A stretch of 64,000 nucleotides of DNA from Octopus sinensis (GCF_006345805.1 NC_043013.1:25916001-25980000), one strand, 5' to 3'. Counted from the first letter of the stretch, positions 39,666-53,512 are shown. The notes: a model not told the origin generated them from the sequence alone. Numbers and translations are program-made.

Positions 39666-40897
39666 CAGGGTGTCCCAAAAAAATGTATACACACTTTAGC
39701 AGCTGATAACTCAATTGATATTGTTTCTTTCCAGATGAAACCTATTGGATTTAATGATGGCAGTCAGATTAAGCTTTGAACAAAGAAAATTCATTCTAAA
39801 ATGATACTGGAAGTGTGAAAATGCAGTTGAAGTGCAAAAACAGTTGGGGAGGGAGTTTCAAACAGATCCACCAATGCAACTCCCTATCACTTGAATTAGA
39901 GGTAAGTTTGAAGCTGATGGAACTGTTCAGAATGTCCACGATAAGCATTCCAGAAGACCCCGAACATCAACAACCCCAACAAAGCAAGGAGTACTGGAAA
40001 TGAATCACCAAAGTCCAAGAAAATCTGTGCGGCAAAGCGAGTCATGAGGTAGGTATTCCAAAATCATCTGTCCAATGCATTTTGAAGCATTGTCAATGGA
40101 AAAGTTACATTCCAAGATTAGTCCATGCTATTAATGATGATGATCCAGACGAAAGAGTGCAGCATTGCGAGTGGTACTTGGAACGATGTGTAGAAGCTGC
40201 ACACTTTCCAACAAAGATTGTGTGGAGTGATGAAGCCACATTCAAATTAAATGGTTCAATTAACTTCCACAATTGCACCTACTGGGGTCCTGAGAATCTG
40301 CATGTTATGGTGAAACACCATGTTAATTTGATATTTGTGTGGTGTGGTTTATCATCAACAGGATTAATTGGACCATTCTTTTGTTATGCTACTGTGACTG
40401 GTCCCGTTTACTTGAACTTGTTGCAACAGTCTGTTATGCCAAGCATTAGAGAAGACTTTGAAGATGAGGAGTTTTATTTTCAGCAAGATGGGGCACCCCC
40501 ACACTACCATTGCTATGTTAGATCCTTCCTTGATGAGATCTTGCTAAACAGGTGGATTGGTTGAATTCACCAGACCTCACACCACTAGACTTTTTTATGG
40601 GGATACCTTAAAGACAAATTCTACGCTATGAAACATACAAGTCGCTGATTTGAGAGCAGTCATTGGACGAGAGTGCACACAAATACCAAACAAATTCTTT
40701 TGTGATATTTGTGATTCCATTCCTTTGCGTTGTCAGCAGTGCCTGGACCAGACCGGACATCAGTTTGAAAACAGGCATTGACAAAACAATAAAATAATGT
40801 CTGTAGATTCTATTAAATTTTGAAAATGAAGTGTCTTTTAATAAACAACTACTTTACAATTGTTTAAAGTGTGCATACATTTTTTTGGGACACTCTG
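39666..40897 (+). mobile_element. Near full-length mariner-like transposon (DD41D/rosa-type), inactive
   Basis: 33-bp TIRs cagggtgtcccaaaaaaatgtatacacacttta (2 mismatches), TA flanks; [20 protein letters not shown], then a deletion before SPDLTPLDF. Confidence 0.9.
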
Positions 40898-40923
40898 TAT
40901 ACACACACACACACACACACGCA

Positions 40924-41023
<100 letters not shown>

Positions 41024-42289
41024 TACATATATACTTATATATGCATCAGTGTGCGTGTGTATGTGCGTGTGTGTGCGTGTGTGTGTACATATATGTTGAA
41101 TGAGAAATGCTCTATCTCTCTGAAACTGAATAAAAAGGAAAAAGATAAGTTGACCCCAATTCTAAAGCTACTGTCGTCATACTGGAGTATTTATTGAGAG
41201 CAAAGAAACAACAATAAGTTTCAAAACACGTTGTTGTTGTTGTTGTTGTTGTTATTGACAGCAACATCGCCGTTTTCTAGGAATGAAAAGTGAGACAGAA
41301 GAACAACAGTCACAAATGAAAGTACTGTAAAACCCAATTAGAATACACATTTTCTCACCAGAAACAAGATTAAAATTAGGGGCGTGTATAATAATACATG
41401 CTATCCAGGTTGGACATGTTTTACGTCACCCATGTGGACCCGAAAATCGACGATCGTATCATACATTATGACGCAGTGGTTTCCAAAGTTGTTTTGAGGC
41501 GGAACCCTAGAATAATTTTCAAAAATAATTATAAAAAACAAACTTATGGAACACATACCGTACGTTCCAACATATAAGTCGATGTTATATTTTGTGTAAA
41601 CATGTGCAAACATTCAACCTTTCCAAATCTTGTTGCATTTCACATAGAATATTTGGTCCTCCAATATCGGCTTGTAGTTTTCTTGAGGGTTTTTTTGATA
41701 GTAAATTTTGGTTAGAAAAATTCGACTTGTATGTCGGAAAAAACGGTACCGTCATGAGATTCTTTTTACTTTTGACACACAGCCAATAATTCTGAGCGGA
41801 AAGTGTCAGTCGATTACATCGATCCTATTACTTGACTGGTGCTTTATTTTATCGATTCTGAAAGGACGAAAAGCAAAGTTGACCTCAACGGGATTTGAGC
41901 TCAGAACGAAGAGAGATGAAAGAAATGTCGCTAAGCATTTCCTCCGATGTGCTAACAACTCTACCAACTCACTGTCTTCCCGCCAATATTAAATTATTTT
42001 TACTTTTTTTCATAGGCACAAGGCCTAAAATTTTGAAGTAGGGGACCAGCCGATTACATTGTTTCCAGTACTCAACTGATATTTATTCTATCGACCCTGG
42101 AAGGATAAAATACAAAAGTGACCTTGGCAGTACTTGAACTCAGAACGTAAAGTCAAATAAATGCCACAGCTTTTTAATCTGACATGCTGACAATTCGGCA
42201 CTTTCGCCACCATGATTTCTAGTAGTTAATTATAAAACTGAATACATAAAACTCATGGATTTTCCCCCCAAGTATAGCACTGCCACTCT

Positions 42290-42540
42290 GTCAGTCACGA
42301 CGACAAGGGTTCCAGCTGATCCGATCAACCGAACAATCTCGGACAGATTCAGTGTGATACAGAATGTGACGAGGCTGGCCCCTTTCAATTACAGGTATTA
42401 CTCATTTTTGCCAGCTGAATGAACTGGAGGAACGAGAAATAAAGTCTTGCTCAAGGAGACAACGCGCTGCCGGGAATCGAACTCATGACCTTACGATCGT
42501 GAGCCGAATCCCTAACCACTAATCCACATGGCCTTCACAT
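42290..42540 (-). mobile_element. SINE family C
   Basis: Head gtggattagtggttagggattcggctcacgatcgtaaggtcatgagttcgattccc, ccttgagcaag, RTE-like tail. Confidence 0.75.
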
Positions 42541-42609
42541 TTAAATAAGAAAGTTGACATGTGAATCATCTCATCATAGACTTTGTGTGTTATAGGCTGT
42601 CTTTTAAAA

Positions 42610-43350
42610 CCCCGAAAGGATGAAAGGCAAAGTCGACCTTGGCGTAATTTGAACTCAGAGTGTAAAGACAGACGAAATACCTATTTCTTTACTACCCACA
42701 AGGGGCTAAACACAGAGAGGACAAACAAAGACAGACAAACGGATTAATTCGATTACATCGACTCCAGTGCGTAACTGGTACTTATTTAATCGACCCCGAA
42801 ATGATGAAAGGCAAAATTGACTTCTGCGAAATTTGAACTCAGAACGTAGCGGCAGACGAAATAACGCTGAGCATTTCGCCCGGCGAGCTAACGATTCTGC
42901 TAGCTCACCGCCTTACCAATTATACATATTAAGCAGATTTAGTGGTTACTTGAGCGGCGATATGGAAGAAACGTTAGCACGCCGGGCGAAATGCGTAGCC
43001 GTATTTCGTCTGCCGTTACGTTCTGAGTTCAAATTCCGTCGAGGTCGACTTCGCCTTTCATCCTTTCGGAGTCGATAGATAAAGTACCAGTTACGCATTG
43101 GGGTCGATGTAATCGACTTAATCCGTTTGTCTGTCCTTGTTTGTCCTCTCTGTGTTTAGCCCCTTATGGGTAGTAAAGAAATAAGTATTTCGTCTGCCCC
43201 TACGTTTTGAGTTCAAATTCCGCCGAGGTCGACTTTGCCTTTCATCCTTTCGGGACTGATAAATTAAGTACTAGTTGCACACTGGGGTCTATCTAATCGA
43301 TTGGTCCCCACCGCAAAATTTTCGGGCCTTGTGTCTAGAGTAGAAAAGAT
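42610..43350. mobile_element. Two dimeric SINE B copies head-to-head
   Basis: Minus 42610-42914, ~40-bp spacer, plus 42953-43350. Confidence 0.85.
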
Positions 43351-43624
43351 GCAAGGAATGCGTTTGTGGATGGGAGCAAAAACCTCTTCAAATATGGCAT
43401 ATACATCCATTACACATTTTTTCATCTTCACACTCATTATTGTTGTTTACATCTGGTGCCTCGGACACGAAACACCGTAGCAAAATCAGAGTTGATTATA
43501 ATTTCTCTTGAAAATCTGTAGAGATAACCTTAACAAGTGATGTGAGAGCACTGCTAACACAGTAGAACATGGTATTGACTTATATAATCGTTTAGTACAC
43601 TTTGTAGTATATTATGGTCGCTTA

Positions 43625-43865
43625 ACGAAATACCTATTTCTTTACTGCCCACAAGGGGCTAAACACAGAGGGGACAAACAAGGACAGACGGACGAATTAA
43701 GTCGATTACATCGACCCCAGTGCGTAACTGGTACCTAATTTATCGACCCCGAAAGGATGAAAGGCAAAGTCGACCTCGGCGGAATTTGAACTCAGAACGT
43801 CACGGCAGACGAAATACCGCTAAGCATTTCGCCCAGCGTGCTAACGATTCTGCCGGCTCGTCCCT
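43625..43865 (-). mobile_element. SINE family B (head, core, spacer)
   Basis: Close match to the family B consensus seen elsewhere in the window. Confidence 0.85.
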
Positions 43866-44204
43866 ACAAGTCATTAATATTCAGTTACTACACTATCCTT
43901 GAAGCACCGTGTTTGCTAGTATAAGGAGTATTCTTACACAGGATGCCGCCATATTTTACAAGTATACTTTGTTGGAAGAAAATCTTAGCATACACTGATT
44001 GAAAGATATTATATTAAAGTGATTTGAGGAGTGAATGCATGATTCTTTGCATATAAATCCAATATTGTGACAGTACACTGAAACAAAGAATGGGACCATA
44101 AATGTATAATAAATAAGCTACGTTTTACGATTACAGTATTTCAACTTGATCGACTATATATATAATTGTTTATATTCTGGTTTAGAGAATTGCAATGCAA
44201 GATA

Positions 44205-44240
44205 TTAGGTTGTCCGGAAAGTTCGTTCCGATTTATAGCT
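44205..44240 (+). mobile_element. Isolated mariner-type TIR
   Basis: TA|ttaggttgtccggaaagttcgttccgattt; partner end not found. Confidence 0.45.
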
Positions 44241-45790
44241 TACCTTTCGACTTATTTCAGAACATGTCGTGTACCATCGCTATAGTTTTGTTGTTATCCA
44301 CTCGTTGGAAATAGCTGATCAGGGGATGGGAGTTTAACATTCATTTCATTTTCTAGAGGAATTTTTATTTCGATAAATAAACAAATGTTTCTTAAAGGTA
44401 ACACAGTCAATAAATAATATAAAACAAATATCAGGTGTGGGCTATGTATGCTGAGGAAGGAGGTGTACTGAGATGATGCTACCTCCCCACATAACTGTCG
44501 ACATACCATAAACAAGTTTTGTAATTTTGTGCTGACAGTCTGCGAGGATTTGGCTTTTTCCCAATATTATTAGTAACAATTATTGGGCCTAGCAGACTTA
44601 TGCTCATCCGACTCCCAAGTCAATGGCACTTGGTCTCTTATCCGTAATACAACCGCATAAGACATAGGGCAATTCTTTGGTACATTTAAAAATATAAAAA
44701 AGCACTTCGTGTGCTCCGTCAAACACAATATGCATTGCGCTCGATATGTCTGAGTAAAACTGTTGCAGGCAACTGTGGCAGCATAGCTGCAGTTTGATTA
44801 ATGAAACCGATGAAAGTGTAGAAGATTAAGGGAGAGAGAGAGGGGACGGAGAGAGATCTGTATATAACACTTATATTATGCAAGAAACATCGTTGGTTGG
44901 TAGAAACAGTTTAGTAGCTTTATGCTTTTTCGCTGGCATGAAAAATCACTAACAAAGCAATATGGCTGTCCAGGCAGATCTTAATACAAATCGTTCTCAA
45001 TTGCTGCATTCTTCGTTCTGCAAGTGACATTTGCTTCCAATTCTCAGCTAACTGAAATTTTTTTTGTAAGTTATTGTCTGACAAACCTTGTTCGCCTTGC
45101 TACCTACACGACTACCGTTTTTGGGGATTTTTTTTGGTTGATTTTTTTTTTGCAATAATAATCTTCAAATGAGTTTTCGCAGTTATTTCTTCAAAATTTC
45201 CATTTCTTTGCAAAGTCTAGATCAACTGAACGCTTGTTGTTGTTATTTGTTTTGGTTTTGCATAGTCCATCGTGCTTCTTATGACAATTTCGATAACGTC
45301 AAAGGAGATTTTAAAAATCCATTTGTAGCAGAAGACAGACTTGTCTTACGGCATTGGTAATGAATTTTTAAACATATTACGACAAAACTGAATACCACAG
45401 CGCATTTTTCTGTCACTTTCTACATTTTACCATCCAATGTCCTCGCTGAAAAGGAAAATATGATAATAGAGGTTTCCTTGAAAAGAAATCTCAGGAAAAT
45501 CTAACAAATACAAAATCAAAAAACAAAAAAAAAAAAACACTTCGACCCACACTCAACGTAACTTTTTATCCTCGTCTTCTATATTCTCAAAAACTTTCGT
45601 TCTATGTTATTTTCTTAACCTAACTGGGCCAGAGGCTGAAGCTATGTTGAGCAATTATTTCACTACAATGTCTGTCCTAGGTAACTGGTTGTCAATCGGT
45701 ATGTATTTGTTATTTAGCCGATATCAAAGAAAATAATAATAATAATAACAATAATAATAATAATAATGATGATGATGATGATGATGATGA

Positions 45791-45851
<61 letters not shown>

Positions 45852-45854
<3 letters not shown>

Positions 45855-47272
45855 CCCTGATGCAGTACCAGACAGTGGCTCTCATGGCTTCTGACCTTAA
45901 CTGATTGGAAGTGTTATCATGTACATTGCTTTGTCTTGGTATAAAAGATGGGCTACAGCAAATATTCTCCTCAATACCACAAATTTGCTTGTCAGTTGTT
46001 TGACCTTAACTAGTTGAACATGTCCATTAATAGTTGACGATACGTGTATCCCTGATCACTAGCAGAATTAGTGGGGGAGCATCATAACCATGCGTTGAGA
46101 GGAATTCTTTGGGGTTTGAATAATTGACCATGGGTGGCTCGTTCAGCATCCTTAAACAAACCTTATTCAGGGATCTTTTGAGCGGGTGAGCTAATCGATC
46201 TTAAGAAAATTCTAACTGGGCCCCACCTGCAAGGTCATGCGCTGTTTATCTTGATATGAAATCACTTTTCGTATTCTTTTCTTGAAACATTTTGACCTTG
46301 TGAGGCAGACATATCAATTAACAGACAAGTTCCTCTGTTGTAGTCCTTGATCACAATGTCTGGTCGATTAGAGTCAATTTTTTTGTCTGTTTGTATTGGT
46401 AAGTTCCAAAGAACGGTGACGCCCTCACCATTTGCTACATCCTCTGGATGGTGCCTGCATCACTTACCATGGGATTTAATTTTGTAGTATTTACAAGCAT
46501 TCCGGTGGATGTACTGCCCTAGTCAGTCATGTCTTATGAGATACTCTTTTTCAGAAAGGACTGAACAGCCAGAAACAACACAATCAATTGTCTGAATTTT
46601 TCATAAATTCTACACGAGGGACTCAGATTCATCCTTAAGGATGTTTGCATGGTAGTTTCTGCTAGGTAAGCTCTGATCTTGCGCTTCAATAACAAAACCT
46701 TCTGTTTCTCCTTTCAGACCTGTCCCTTGTAGCCATTGGTGTGTTAGATTGTGGACAAGTTGTAAGGGTATTTTCCATGCAGGAGTTTGCCTTTCCAGTT
46801 GTCTTCTATATTATTCATGTAAGCCTTCTTTACTTTTGTTTGATTTTTTTTCTTGCATTAGTGATAGGTTTGTCACTATTTGGATCTCGTTGGTCTTTCT
46901 GATTGTTAATTCCTAAATCAGGAGAAGCAATGCTAGGTCTGTCAGTACTTGGGTGTCTTTGGTCATTCTTATTGTTAACTTAAATTTCTTACTAAGCTTG
47001 CTTGGAATCTTCATGCTTCAGTGCCGTTCGTAAGAGCACATCACTTAGGATTGTTCGAGCTGTATCAGGCCTCTTCCACCTATTTTTCTAGAGAGATAAA
47101 TCCTGTCCACATCTGATTTTGAATGGTGCATTCGGTACCTTGTAAGGATTTTACGGATCTTTCCATCCATATTCTGCAAGTCAGAATATGGATGGGTAGT
47201 CATGATGGGTATACTGCGTTTCGTAAATTGTACCCCAGTGTCACTTTGATGGCATGCACTGCTCTCTCACTC
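45852..47272. mobile_element. Reverse-orientation 560 element with ~50 bp replaced by an R4/Dong ORF fragment
   Basis: 560 parts 45852-46265 and ~47191-47272; (TAA)n on both sides. Confidence 0.75.
46266..47180 (-). pseudogene. R4/Dong-clade ORF fragment (post-RT region, CCHC knuckle, RLE)
   Basis: LQNMDGKIRKILTRYRMHHSKSDVDRIYL..GGRGL, LHGKY, WLQGTGLKGETEGFVI.AQDQ, SCRI..IQTIDCVVSGCS, NRPDIVIKD..CLLIDMS, RKEYEK. Confidence 0.85.
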
Positions 47273-47279
47273 AATAATG

Positions 47280-47329
<50 letters not shown>

Positions 47330-48251
47330 CCTTTCTACTAAAGGGACAAGGCCTGAAATTTGAGGGGAGGGGACTAGTTGATTACGTCGACCTCTGAGTT
47401 TCACTAGTACTTAATTTATCGTACCCGAAAGGAGGAAAGGTAAAGTCGATCTCGGTGGATTTGAACTCAGAACGTAGCGACGGACGAAATGCTGCAAAGC
47501 ATTTCGTCCAGCGTGCTAACGATTCTGCCAGCTCCCCGCCGTGATGATGATGATGGTGATGATGATGATGATAATAATAATAATAATAATAATAATTTGC
47601 TACGAGGTTAGCAATTTTAAGGGTGGAGATTGTCGATTACACCGACCCCAGGGCAATAGCAGTTATGTGGAAAATACGTTTTGGCGTTTCTCTAGAGCTT
47701 TAAGGAACCAAGATGATTAGTGCAAGATTAAAATTAGATTAAGGCAGTAAGTTGATTGATTAGTTCTATATACGACTAATAACTTAAAATTCTAATCCTA
47801 TTCTGTGTTTTCACATCGTCTTTGACAGAGGTAACTGAACAATGGAGATGATATCTAGAACCATTTTGAATATTAACCGGATATTAACTTTTCAAGAGAC
47901 GCACCTGAAGGATTCTCAATTGACTAGTTCTAAAGGATATGAAAGTGTAGTGTTCAAAAGCACTCGGTTCTCTCTGGCTCAGACTGCTCGGCCGTAAATA
48001 GAGAACAAAAGCTCATTACCTTTTTATCTGTTACTTGTTTCAGTCATCAGACTGCGGCCATGCTGGAGCATCGCCTTGGAGAATCTTTTGGTCGAATAAA
48101 TCGATCTCGTTTCCCTTATTATTATTTTTTTTATTTGTATGCCTGGTACTTATTCTGCTGGTTCCCTTTCTGGCAAACCGCTAATTTACAGATATGTAAA
48201 TAAACCAACACTGGTGTCAAGCGCTGGTGAGGTGCAAACACAGACACAAAA

Positions 48252-48291
<40 letters not shown>

Positions 48292-49039
48292 TAGAAGACA
48301 CTTGCCCAAGGTGCCACACAGTGGGATTGAACCCGAAACCATGTGCCTGGTATGGTTCAATACTATATTAATTATTGTTGTTGTTGTTGTTGTTGTTGTT
48401 GTGCCTAAGCCAGTCTTATCTAGTAAGACCTTTGATAAAATGTATTCTAGTCAGGTCCGTCACATCTTTCTTTATATTTCAGAAACTACATTGAACGATG
48501 AGTCCTTCTTTATTTAAGGTTGTGTGGTTTGCTTTGAGAAAAGATTCAGCTGCTATTTCTAGCAGGACGAGCGACACTGAATAGGCTCTGTCGTTGCTTC
48601 ATGCTTATGAAAACAGAAAACGTCAAAATTACTTCGTTAGGGAAAACCTGTGAGGTTTATATTGCGGATTAGGTTCACGGCCATAGTATTAATGCAGGAG
48701 GTCAAGGCGGGCAACTGACAGAACCGTTAGGACACTGGACAGAATGTTTAGTTTCATTTCGTCAGTTCTTACGGTCTGGGTTCAAATTCCGCCGAGGTCG
48801 ACTTTGCCTTTCATTCATTCGGAGAACGATAAAATAAGTACCAGTTACGCACTGGGGGTTGATGTGATCGACTTAGCTCCTTCCCCCAAAATTACTGGCC
48901 CCAAGACAAAATTTGAAACCATTATGCAGGAAGTCAAATAAAGAACAAACATAATGTAAAAGTAGATGTGTCTTCGTTGCCTTCGACGATGATCATTCCA
49001 TTGTGTTATTGTTGATCATTCCATTGTGTTATTGTTGTG

Positions 49040-50160
49040 GCGAGAGTCACGACAACCCCGTGCGAGAATAGACTTGACCGAACGACTATAAATAGTAAGG
49101 GTCTGAGTGAGAGACAGAGAGAGTGTAGGCGTTAATTTTGTCGTGTGTCGGTGTTTTCTGTTCAGTTTGATCCCTGTTGGGCGTGAGTCGCATAGTTGAT
49201 TATTTGTTAAGAGTGTCCCCTCGTGGGTGTGCCTGCAATTGTTGATTATTTGTTGAGGGTGTCCCTTCGTGGGTGTGCCTGCAATTGTTGAAATTGCTGT
49301 TACTGCTGTTTGCATAAGATATTGTTGGGTTGTGTTTGTTTTCGTCCCATTTGTGGATGAGGTGGAACGGGTTCCAGCGGGAAGCCACAGTTGTGCAGCG
49401 GCGTCTGGCGGAGGAGTGGACTCTGAACCTTTGGAGGTTTGTGAAGTAAGGGTTGGGCCGAGGAGGCTAAGGGAGTGTGAAAAATTGTTAAGTGGGGAAG
49501 GCGGCACGTCGAAGTAGGTGCCGCTACAGGAAATAACAAGCAGTGTGACGGGGAGGGCGGTGATATTGGAAACGCTGAAGTTGTCAACCGGGAAAGTGGA
49601 GGTAGCAGCCGTTGAAGCCGTTGAGAGCTGCCTAGAGGAGATCAAGGGGCTCACCACGTTCATTGCACGAGGGGAAAGGTGTGATGTGGTAGAGGTGCGA
49701 TTCGCTACGGAGGACGGGGTGAGGGAGCACTCCACTGAAGCCGTAGGAGCGGAGGAGTGGGTGCTTTTGCCCTCATGCTGTGGCAGACGTGTTGCCGGGG
49801 TGAGAGTGGGCGGGGTGCTCCAAGAAATGAAGGAAACATGGCTGGTGGCGGCCGTAATGTTTAACATGGAGGAGGAGGCTAAGGTACTTGGGGGGACGAG
49901 AACCAAAGGGTTGAATTGATGGGGTGTGGCATGGAGATGGCCATACAGACGGGTTTTAATGATCTAAACAGGATTGCAGAGGAGGTGGTTCTGCCCGTGG
50001 ATGTGGGGCTGAGAGTGGTGGTGGGGGGTGGGCCTCCTATATGCTGCCTAGGTGGAGAGAAGGGTCATATGAAGGCAAGGTGCCCCCAGTGATGAAAAGA
50101 ACAACAGATGGAGCAGCCTGAGGAGCGGGAGAGTGTGGACCAGGTGGTGCACGACGATGT
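49040..50160 (+). mobile_element. 5' UTR and decayed ORF1 of a Tx1/L1-type LINE
   Basis: ORF 49518-49919, then in another frame LRVVVGGGPPICCLGGEKGHMKARCP (degenerate CCHC knuckle); short tandem repeats in the UTR. Confidence 0.6.
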
Positions 50161-50163
50161 AAG

Positions 50164-51012
50164 GGAGCCCTGGGATATGTATCACACTGCCTAAATACAA
50201 ATCTTGAGAAATTAGCTTCTCGAAACCAAGAAGGAGAAAGCTAATTCGAAGTCTACAGATCCAATCAATCAGTGGAACTGTACAAATCTGTAAAACTTTC
50301 CAGAAGTTTATCATTTAAGTATATATGAGCATGTCTAGATATGTAACTCTATGCATGGGAATCCACACATAAAACAAAACATACAAGGCTGCACATATAC
50401 ATACATACATACATACATACATACATACATACATACATACATACATACATACATACATACATACAAATAAAAAATACCCTGTTGTTGAAGTTGAAATTCC
50501 AATAAAGAAGCTTTGGATCTAGGTTAGAAACCGGTTCTTTCTCTATTCGCAAGAAATCTTGAAATAAACGGAATAATGACATACATAAATACATGCATGC
50601 ATACATACATGCATGCATGCATGCATACATACATACATACATACATACATACATACATACATACATACATACATACATACATACATACATACATACATAC
50701 ATACGGAGAAACCTAATTCGAAGACTACAGATCCAATCCATCGCTGGCACTGTGAAAATCTGTAAAACTTTCCAAAAGTTTATCATTTAAATATAAATGA
50801 GCATGCCTAGATATGCAACTATATGCATGAGAATACATACATAATCTGCACATACATACATACATACATACATACATACATACATACATACATACATACA
50901 TACAAACCCTATTGTTGATGTTGAAATTCTAATGAAGGAGCCTTAGATTTAGATTAGAAACCGGTTCTTTACTGGCAAGAAATTTTGAAACAAACTGAAT
51001 AATGACTTACAT
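50164..51012 (+). mobile_element. Tandemly duplicated unit of (CATA)n-embedded RLE 3' ends
   Basis: GALGYVSHCLNTNLEKL..RKLIRSLQIQSISGTVQICKTFQKFII* at 50164-50317; again at 50705-50790; second block 50475-50581 repeated at 50906-51012. Confidence 0.7.
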
Positions 51013-51029
51013 ACACAATCCTGTAAGGT

Positions 51030-51590
51030 AGTTAATTCGCAGACTCGTTATAACGTTAGAGTTTTGCGGGCCTCTGTTCCAGTCCACTGCGCTCTACGTG
51101 CAAAACCCTCTGAGGATTTGCAGTGAGTTGGGCGGGTTACGTTTTGTGAGAGACGTTTTGACTCCAGCTCTTTCTTAACAGAATTCAGTCTTGGGTCAAA
51201 CTAAGGTTGGGCACCAAACATCTAGAATGTCGTCAAACACTAACAGTTCTCTACGTTTCAGGATTTGCAATCTATACAACATTAGTGATGAAGAAGAGCA
51301 AGGAATTCTCAGGAAAACTTTTGGGCGCCGACGAATATCACCCAAGCCGTCTATTGAGGAGGACGTTCAGCGCAGAGACTATGAACAATTTCAGAAATCC
51401 CTGGCCTGTTAATATTTGTTGGTTTCGGATAAACTTTAGAAGCACGGTGGTGCCATCACACGGGCCCGTCCGAAATACGTGCAAAACAGCGAAACTGTTC
51501 TGGATGCACTCATTCAGTGTCAGAAAATGGCTGCCTTGCTGAGATATGCCGAATCGCTGTTGACGCAAGTTGGCAAATAAATATTTTTCA
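51030..51590 (+). pseudogene. Tx1/L1 ORF2 C-terminal (zf-RVT-like) relic
   Basis: QKSLAC...VSDKL.KHG..ITRARPKYVQNSETVLDALIQC. Confidence 0.55.
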
Positions 51591-52024
51591 GTTACTTAAG
51601 TCTATGCGAGATAAATGGATATTAAATTGATTCTATGTAATCTTCCTTTTTAATGTTTATAATTGATATATACACATCTTTTACCTATTTTGGAATTGTT
51701 AAATTTTATTTTTATACAACATAACAATATTGTTTATAAACATTCCCCCATCGTACCCTTAATAATATTTCCTTTGTATTAACATATTAGGTTCTTAATG
51801 TCTTGCCCCTTTAACTAGTAATTAACATCATGATTTAAAGCCTACCCTACCCTGCCTCGTTTTATAGACAGTTACTTTTATCCAACTGACTACTCCTAAT
51901 ATCTTATTTACTCTCAGAGAAAAAGGGATACATATGATAATATTTATGACTATACCAAACCATGAGCTGTCAAATCACTCTTGTTCTTTATTTAAAATTG
52001 ACACAGTCTTCTAGTCTCAGATTT

Positions 52025-53045
52025 AAATAATAATAATGAAATTATTGTATACAGTGCTCAGGTTCACCACAACTTGTTAAAAGTGCGTATAAAGCATATG
52101 CAGTAATGTGCAAATGTCTGGAAAGTGAACAGTGTATGAGTCAGATACATGCTTGCGTGTGTATGGAGGGGAGAAAATCAGGTGTAGTGTTGGCGAATCT
52201 CAAGAAGCATGGAAGTTTTGAAGGATGCAGCGCTCCGGCAACTAACAACTGATGCTGGCAGTTTGCTCCATACTTCAGCAACTCTTAGCGTGAAAAAATG
52301 TTTCCGAAAGTCACGGGAGCTGTGCTGTTTTCTGACTTTGTAAACATGTCCACAGGTGTTAGACTGGTGGAGTTTGAAAAGGTGCTCAGAGTTATTGTTA
52401 GTAAGAGGGTTAATAATTTTATGGGTGTCTGCCAAGTCAGCTGCCTGACGTCGGAGTTTCAACGTATTCATGCCCAGGGAAGTAAGGCATTCAGAATATG
52501 ACAACTGCCCGATGGAGAGTATTCTCTTGGTTGCACGTTGCTGAACGGCTTCCAGACGATTAATATCCTGGGCAAGATAGGGGTTCCAGACCGGTGATGC
52601 AAATTCCAAGTAGGCCGCACTATAGCTATATAAAGCCTCAGATAGCCGGAGAGCGGCTCACAAAGGACTTGGTGAGTGATGCCAAGACATCCTCAGCCTT
52701 CTCGGCAATTTTAGCAATGTGTTTTGTCCAGCGAAAATCGCTATCGACAATAATGCCCAAGTAACGTTCACAAGAAGACTTTTTGAGATTAGTGTTGTGG
52801 AAGGAGTAAGTAGACGCCGAGTTTTTCCTCCTAAAATGCATGGTGGTACATTTGTCCACAGCCAGCGTAAGTTGCCAGTCCATGATCCATTGCTGCATTG
52901 TGTTCAGGTCTGGTTGCAAAAAAAAAAAAGATCTATAGTGTACAGGATCTGTCCTCTTTATTTCGAGGTACAGCTTGATGCCATCTGCATATTTCAGCAC
53001 TGTGGCATTCTTTAAGTTGGCATCTATATCATTAACATATGCATT
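52025..53045 (-). mobile_element. 5'-truncated CR1-clade LINE 3' end
   Basis: YVNDID..LKYADGIKLY, ERYLGIIVDSD, EFASPVWNPY, LEAVQQRATK, FFTLRVAEVWSKLP; 3' UTR ending in (ATT)n. Confidence 0.9.
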
Positions 53046-53512
53046 AGTAGTTGATAAAGAGATAAATGAATTAGAAATGAATTACAACCCTTACAACCCT
53101 ATGACCCCACTATGCTCCATGTGATTCTTAGAAGTTGTAGTTTATTCCTAGCTACAAAAGCGAAAACACAAATTTCTTCCATCTTCTTACTCTGTCAAAA
53201 TATTTAAGAAACATTACATTGTGTCCTACTTGTTAAAATTCCATTTATTTATTTGTGCAACTGAAGATAGTACTAAATTTAAATTGATGTAATGATTGCA
53301 TTGTTCAATTAAATAGAGCCACTTGAAACGGTCGTACTGCATTACTACTTGATTTCCAGTTACTTATTTTGATTATATATATTAAGAAATAAATACGATT
53401 CAGTTGAATTAGGTTCTTAAGCTGAAGCACCAAATCAGTCCGGTATTACCCGTACAGCTCGAAGTAGGGTAAATAAAAAGTAAATAACAAGTATGTCCAG
53501 GAAATCCTTGTT

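Noticed and set aside
48990-49035. Perfect 23-bp tandem duplication
   Set aside because: Real but an ordinary slippage-type event at an element boundary.
49016-49906. 296-aa minus-strand ORF
   Set aside because: Antisense shadow of the GC-rich Tx1-like ORF1 region; no recognisable motifs.
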